Below are positions 60,603 to 64,000 of a stretch of 64,000 nucleotides of DNA, one piece after another. The DNA is from Raillietiella orientalis (taxonomy: Eukaryota). Made by a program: the position numbers and the translations under genes. Every line of letters starts with the position of its first letter. Position 1 is the stretch's first letter. The notes under the pieces were generated by a model. The model was not told the origin of the DNA. It was given only the letters and a program-made list of their open reading frames with translations, and searched no databases. The DNA lies in assembly GCA_036172245.1 (NCBI GenBank), contig JAYWIR010000105.1, positions 1 to 64,000 of the forward strand. The letters are read 5' to 3'.

Positions 60603-62507
60603 ATGGCCAGTACACAGGATAGTGTGGAGGAGCAAGCCACTGGATGCACTTCAGCTGCACTTGAAGTGGCCGCATCCTCCGTAATGGTTTCCTCGCCCCC
60701 GGTGAGGAGTTACGCCGTCGTTACCTCCCAAAGACCAGGACCCTGCGATGCGGAGTTCCAGGCATATGTGTCATCAGGATACATGCCTGCACTCCGTTAT
60801 AAGGTCAGTGGGCCACTTACCGGGAGAATCGGTCGTGAGCTCAATGATGAGCTCGTCCGGATAGGCGTTCGCGAGGAGGAACTCCTTGCCATAATGCCTG
60901 CTGGCAGGATGGAATATACGAAGATTCGGTGCAAGAACGCAGCACTTGTGCAGCGCCTTCTCCGTACGCCGTTGACCATCAATGGCAAGGAAGTCCTACC
61001 TAACGCGATGGACGACTCTTTTGTCGTTCAATTGTGCGACATCGAACCGGAAATCTCCGACCGCGATGTCGTAAGTGTGCTGGCGAAGTTCGCCACCGTG
61101 CACGCTCTGTGGAGGAGGCCAAATCCTTTAAAGGATTTCCCCTCTGTCCACATTGGACAAGCCTCCGCGAGGATCACCGTCGCGAACAGGCGTGTTGTGC
61201 CTGAGCAGCTGCAGGTGAACGGCACGGTCGTTCACCTGTGGTTCATAAACCAGACTCGCGCGTGCGAGCAGTGCGGCAAGGATGGGCACCGAATTAAAGA
61301 GTGCCCCTCTCCAAGATGCCGCTATTGCAAAGATTCCGGGCACGAAATCAAGAAGTGCCCGGTAATTGCAAGAAAAAGAGCCGCAGCGGAAATTCGTCGG
61401 GTTCAAGAGACCACTGCACGAAAAGCCGCAGCGGCAAATAAAAAACGTCGTCCGCAAAAACTCGAAAAAAACCACGAGCGATCCGCGGATAACAAGAAAG
61501 CATCCCCGCCCGCAACGCCCCGAAAGGGGAAAGTCACGGCGGGGAAGCCAATTAAAAAGGGGCGCGAGGGTTTGACGCGTGCCGTGCCTTCCCTCTCTGC
61601 CGAACTCGCAGGCACCTTTCCGAACCTTGAACCAGGAAATCTCCGTAACACCCTGGAGGGAAAGGTAGGAAAACAGGAAGATCGCAACAGTGCGAAGACT
61701 TCTTGCCCCGTTCCGTTGTCCCTTCCGAGTTCCGGACAGCCCCACGGCAGCGCAGGCCCCACTGCAAAGGCTACGAAAGCCGTAAAAAGCAGCGTCGCAA
61801 CGAGCAAAAGCACGCTGCATGCAGTCGCCCCATCGCCGACTCGGCAGGAGAGGAGCAATCTCCCGACTGTCAAGAAGGTGACTCCGTTGCCGCCTTTTAA
61901 AGGCGTAGCGAAAGCAACGCCCCCAGAGAACGCAGCGAAAATCCCGGAGGTTTCCGCACCTACTGTCGCGGAAGCTTCCGAAAATCGCGAAGGCGAATGG
62001 AAGGTTGTGGAGAGGAGGAAAGAAAAATCTCCAAAGAAAGCTCCGCAACCTCCATCCCTGAGCTCTTCCAAAGGAAAAAGCAGTCACGCGAATACGAAAA
62101 CACGCGCGGCTTGTGACTCTTCCAAGGAAAAAGCCAACGCCTTCAACGCGTGCAAGTCCGCTTCTGTGACCGCCGAGAAGACCACTCCGGTGCAATCGGA
62201 CGGATGCAAGCGCACGTCGATCGTGCGAGCATCAGACTTCGCAAAGGAGTCCGATAACGCAGCTGAACGACGCGTAACTCGCGCGGGAGCGAGCGCCCGC
62301 AGGGCTGAAGCCCTGAGGCGTGACACACTCGCCGCGGAACGGCGAGTGCTCACCCCGGAACCCACAGGTTCTGCACCCGGGGAGGAGCACCAGATTACGT
62401 GCAGCACAGTTGAGGCCGGTGGCGACCGCGCCCTCCAGCCCGTCGTGCTGCTTACTGCCCGCTCGCCGGGTGAGGCGAGCACCACGGCCTCGCTTTCACA
62501 GCCGTGA
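60603..62507 (+). CDS. G ORF1, intact 634 aa, two CCHC knuckles
   Basis: CEQCGKDGHRIKEC and CRYCKDSGHEIKKC; shares ALRYKVSG and QPVVLL with B ORF1; TGATG overlap with ORF2. Confidence 0.88.
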   Translation: MASTQDSVEEQATGCTSAALEVAASSVMVSSPPVRSYAVVTSQRPGPCDAEFQAYVSSGYMPALRYKVSGPLTGRIGRELNDELVRIGVREEELLAIMPAGRMEYTKIRCKNAALVQRLLRTPLTINGKEVLPNAMDDSFVVQLCDIEPEISDRDVVSVLAKFATVHALWRRPNPLKDFPSVHIGQASARITVANRRVVPEQLQVNGTVVHLWFINQTRACEQCGKDGHRIKECPSPRCRYCKDSGHEIKKCPVIARKRAAAEIRRVQETTARKAAAANKKRRPQKLEKNHERSADNKKASPPATPRKGKVTAGKPIKKGREGLTRAVPSLSAELAGTFPNLEPGNLRNTLEGKVGKQEDRNSAKTSCPVPLSLPSSGQPHGSAGPTAKATKAVKSSVATSKSTLHAVAPSPTRQERSNLPTVKKVTPLPPFKGVAKATPPENAAKIPEVSAPTVAEASENREGEWKVVERRKEKSPKKAPQPPSLSSSKGKSSHANTKTRAACDSSKEKANAFNACKSASVTAEKTTPVQSDGCKRTSIVRASDFAKESDNAAERRVTRAGASARRAEALRRDTLAAERRVLTPEPTGSAPGEEHQITCSTVEAGGDRALQPVVLLTARSPGEASTTASLSQP

Positions 62508-64000
62508 TGAGGGCAATCGCGTCTTCTCGTCGTGTTGCCGTAACGTCTTGGAACGTCAACGGGCTCCAACACGAGGAGAAGAGGCGACTAGTGGCTGACG
62601 CCCTGCGCGCCTTCGACTTGACGCACCTGCAGGAGATTCACAGCATCTCCGGAGAGCAGGCTGCCGAAATCGAACGGCGCGCGGGCGGAACGCTACTTTA
62701 TAGGTGCGGCGTTGCACGTACGTGCGGCGTCGCTTTCCTCGTCGAGGAACTTTGGCGGGAGCGGTGCGCAGCGTTCGTTTCGACACGGAAGGCCGAGTGG
62801 GACAGCTTGTACTCAAGTGGTCCGACTCGATCGACCTTGTCGTAACCCACGTGTACGCGCCGAGCGGTGCTGGACGATGGGCCGAAAGGATTGAGTTCTT
62901 CGGTACCCTTCAAGGCCAGTGGCTCACTCGATCTCACCCTACTGTGGCCCATCTCATTGCGGGGGACTTTAACGTCCACCTGCTTTCTGAGAATAGATCC
63001 CACAAAAGGGAAAAGTTGCTAGCGGAAGAGATGTGCGCGTCCGTGCACGCGTGCAACTTGTTAGCTAGCGACCCTGTTATGGCAGCAACGCCGGACCACG
63101 TATACCTTGATGAACACTTGCTCTGTCGAGTGGGTCGGAGAGGTCCCGTGCCGTCCGTGCTTTCAGACCACAACAGGCTCGAGTTCGAGTTGCTCCCGCC
63201 AGGCAAGGGGCCTCCAAACTGTTTTTGGAGGATGCGAGCAGACTGGCTAAGCCACCCGGAGGCGGCTGAGCATCTTCGCCAGTACCTCCTCTGCTTTGCC
63301 ATAAGTGAGCTCGAGGACTGGGACGATCTGAAAAGATCGGTCCGCGAGTTCTGCTGCCGGTTTCCCTTGCACCAGCTTCCGCGCGGCTTCGGAGAGGGCG
63401 TAGCCAACAGCAGAGATTTTCTGCAGGCCCGCTCCTTTTTGAGGCGCGCGGACGTTGGTCGATTATCCGAGTACAAGGCCAAGGCCGAGCGCCAGGTCTG
63501 GCAGTCAGGGGCGACAGTTCTGCTCGACGACCAGGACCGGGAATGCTCGGCTCCAGCCGACGTGCGACGGATAGTCAGGCGCTATTACTCTTTGTATGCA
63601 GAGGCACCGACGGAACGCAGCCTCTCCCGGCTGCTTCTGCCGATTGATGCACCTGTTGTAGGCGAGGAGGAACGCGCGCGTCTTGATGAGCCCTTCACGG
63701 CAGAGGAAATTTCCTCGGCCATCTCGGGGCTCAAGAGACGAAAAGCGCCAGGCGAAGATGGGCTCCCCGCGGACTTCTTTCAGTGTTTTGCGGCGGAGCT
63801 CATCCCTCTGGTGCTCCAGCTCTCGTCGCTGATGCGAGACTCGGGCGATGTCCCCGCCTCGTTTCGCTCAGCGAAGGTGCGTCTACTGCCGAAAGGCGGA
63901 GATTTGCGCCAACTGAACAACTGGCGTCCGATCACATTAGTGAATTCGGACGTCAAGTTGTTCTCGAAACTTGGGGTGGCGCGGATGGGTAGGATCGCGG
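62507..64000 (+). pseudogene. G ORF2, APE and start of RT, frameshift near 62745; incomplete in window
   Basis: WNVNG, LQEIH, GDFN, SDH, KAPGEDG, WRPITL. Confidence 0.88.

Larger units (their letters stand above)
60490..64000 (+). mobile_element. LINE copy G (distant relative of B), running off the window end
   Basis: 5' CAGTGCAGACGTGTTT; ORF1 and APE-RT; breaks the F APE at ..RAQEIERIYGG. Confidence 0.9.

Noticed and set aside
1..64000. Bacterial RT systems (retron, group II intron, DGR, CRISPR-RT) or LTR/DIRS elements
   Set aside because: APE + RT + CCHC with a knuckle ORF1 and TSDs is non-LTR architecture; no LTRs, integrase, recombinase, repeat-spacer array or intron domain V seen.
1..64000. 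Host species, or an rRNA/tRNA/snRNA target array
   Set aside because: No host sequence or structural RNA gene is recognisable; all resolvable flanks are LINE coding sequence.

Overview
The whole 64 kb is eukaryotic L1/Tx1-clade non-LTR retrotransposon DNA; I can see no host gene and no unique spacer. I resolve 14 element copies in about 7 related lineages (my labels A-G). Each follows the plan ORF1 (two CCHC knuckles) plus ORF2 (APE endonuclease, YADD reverse transcriptase, C-terminal CCHC). They are nested up to four deep: A1(+){B1(+), C1(-){A2(+)}} - A3(+){B2,B3,B4-truncated} // E(-){A4(-){C2(+){D(-)}}} - F(-){G(+)}. The main observation is that every resolvable insertion lies in the coding sequence of another lineage, with a target-site duplication (TSD) wherever both ends are visible, and the same lineage reuses the same site. 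B goes into the APE GDFN codons of A, C into the A linker, A2 into GFGEG of C, A3/A4 into an ORF1 PPKAG site, and E/F probably into RT KAFD codons. The lineages share a 5'-terminal GGACGTG(T)n motif and a poly(A)-less 3' end made of AATAAA plus a CCCGG hairpin; most also have a hairpin that displays the ORF1-stop/ORF2-start overlap. Most ORF2s carry stops or frameshifts. The host species cannot be determined from this sequence.
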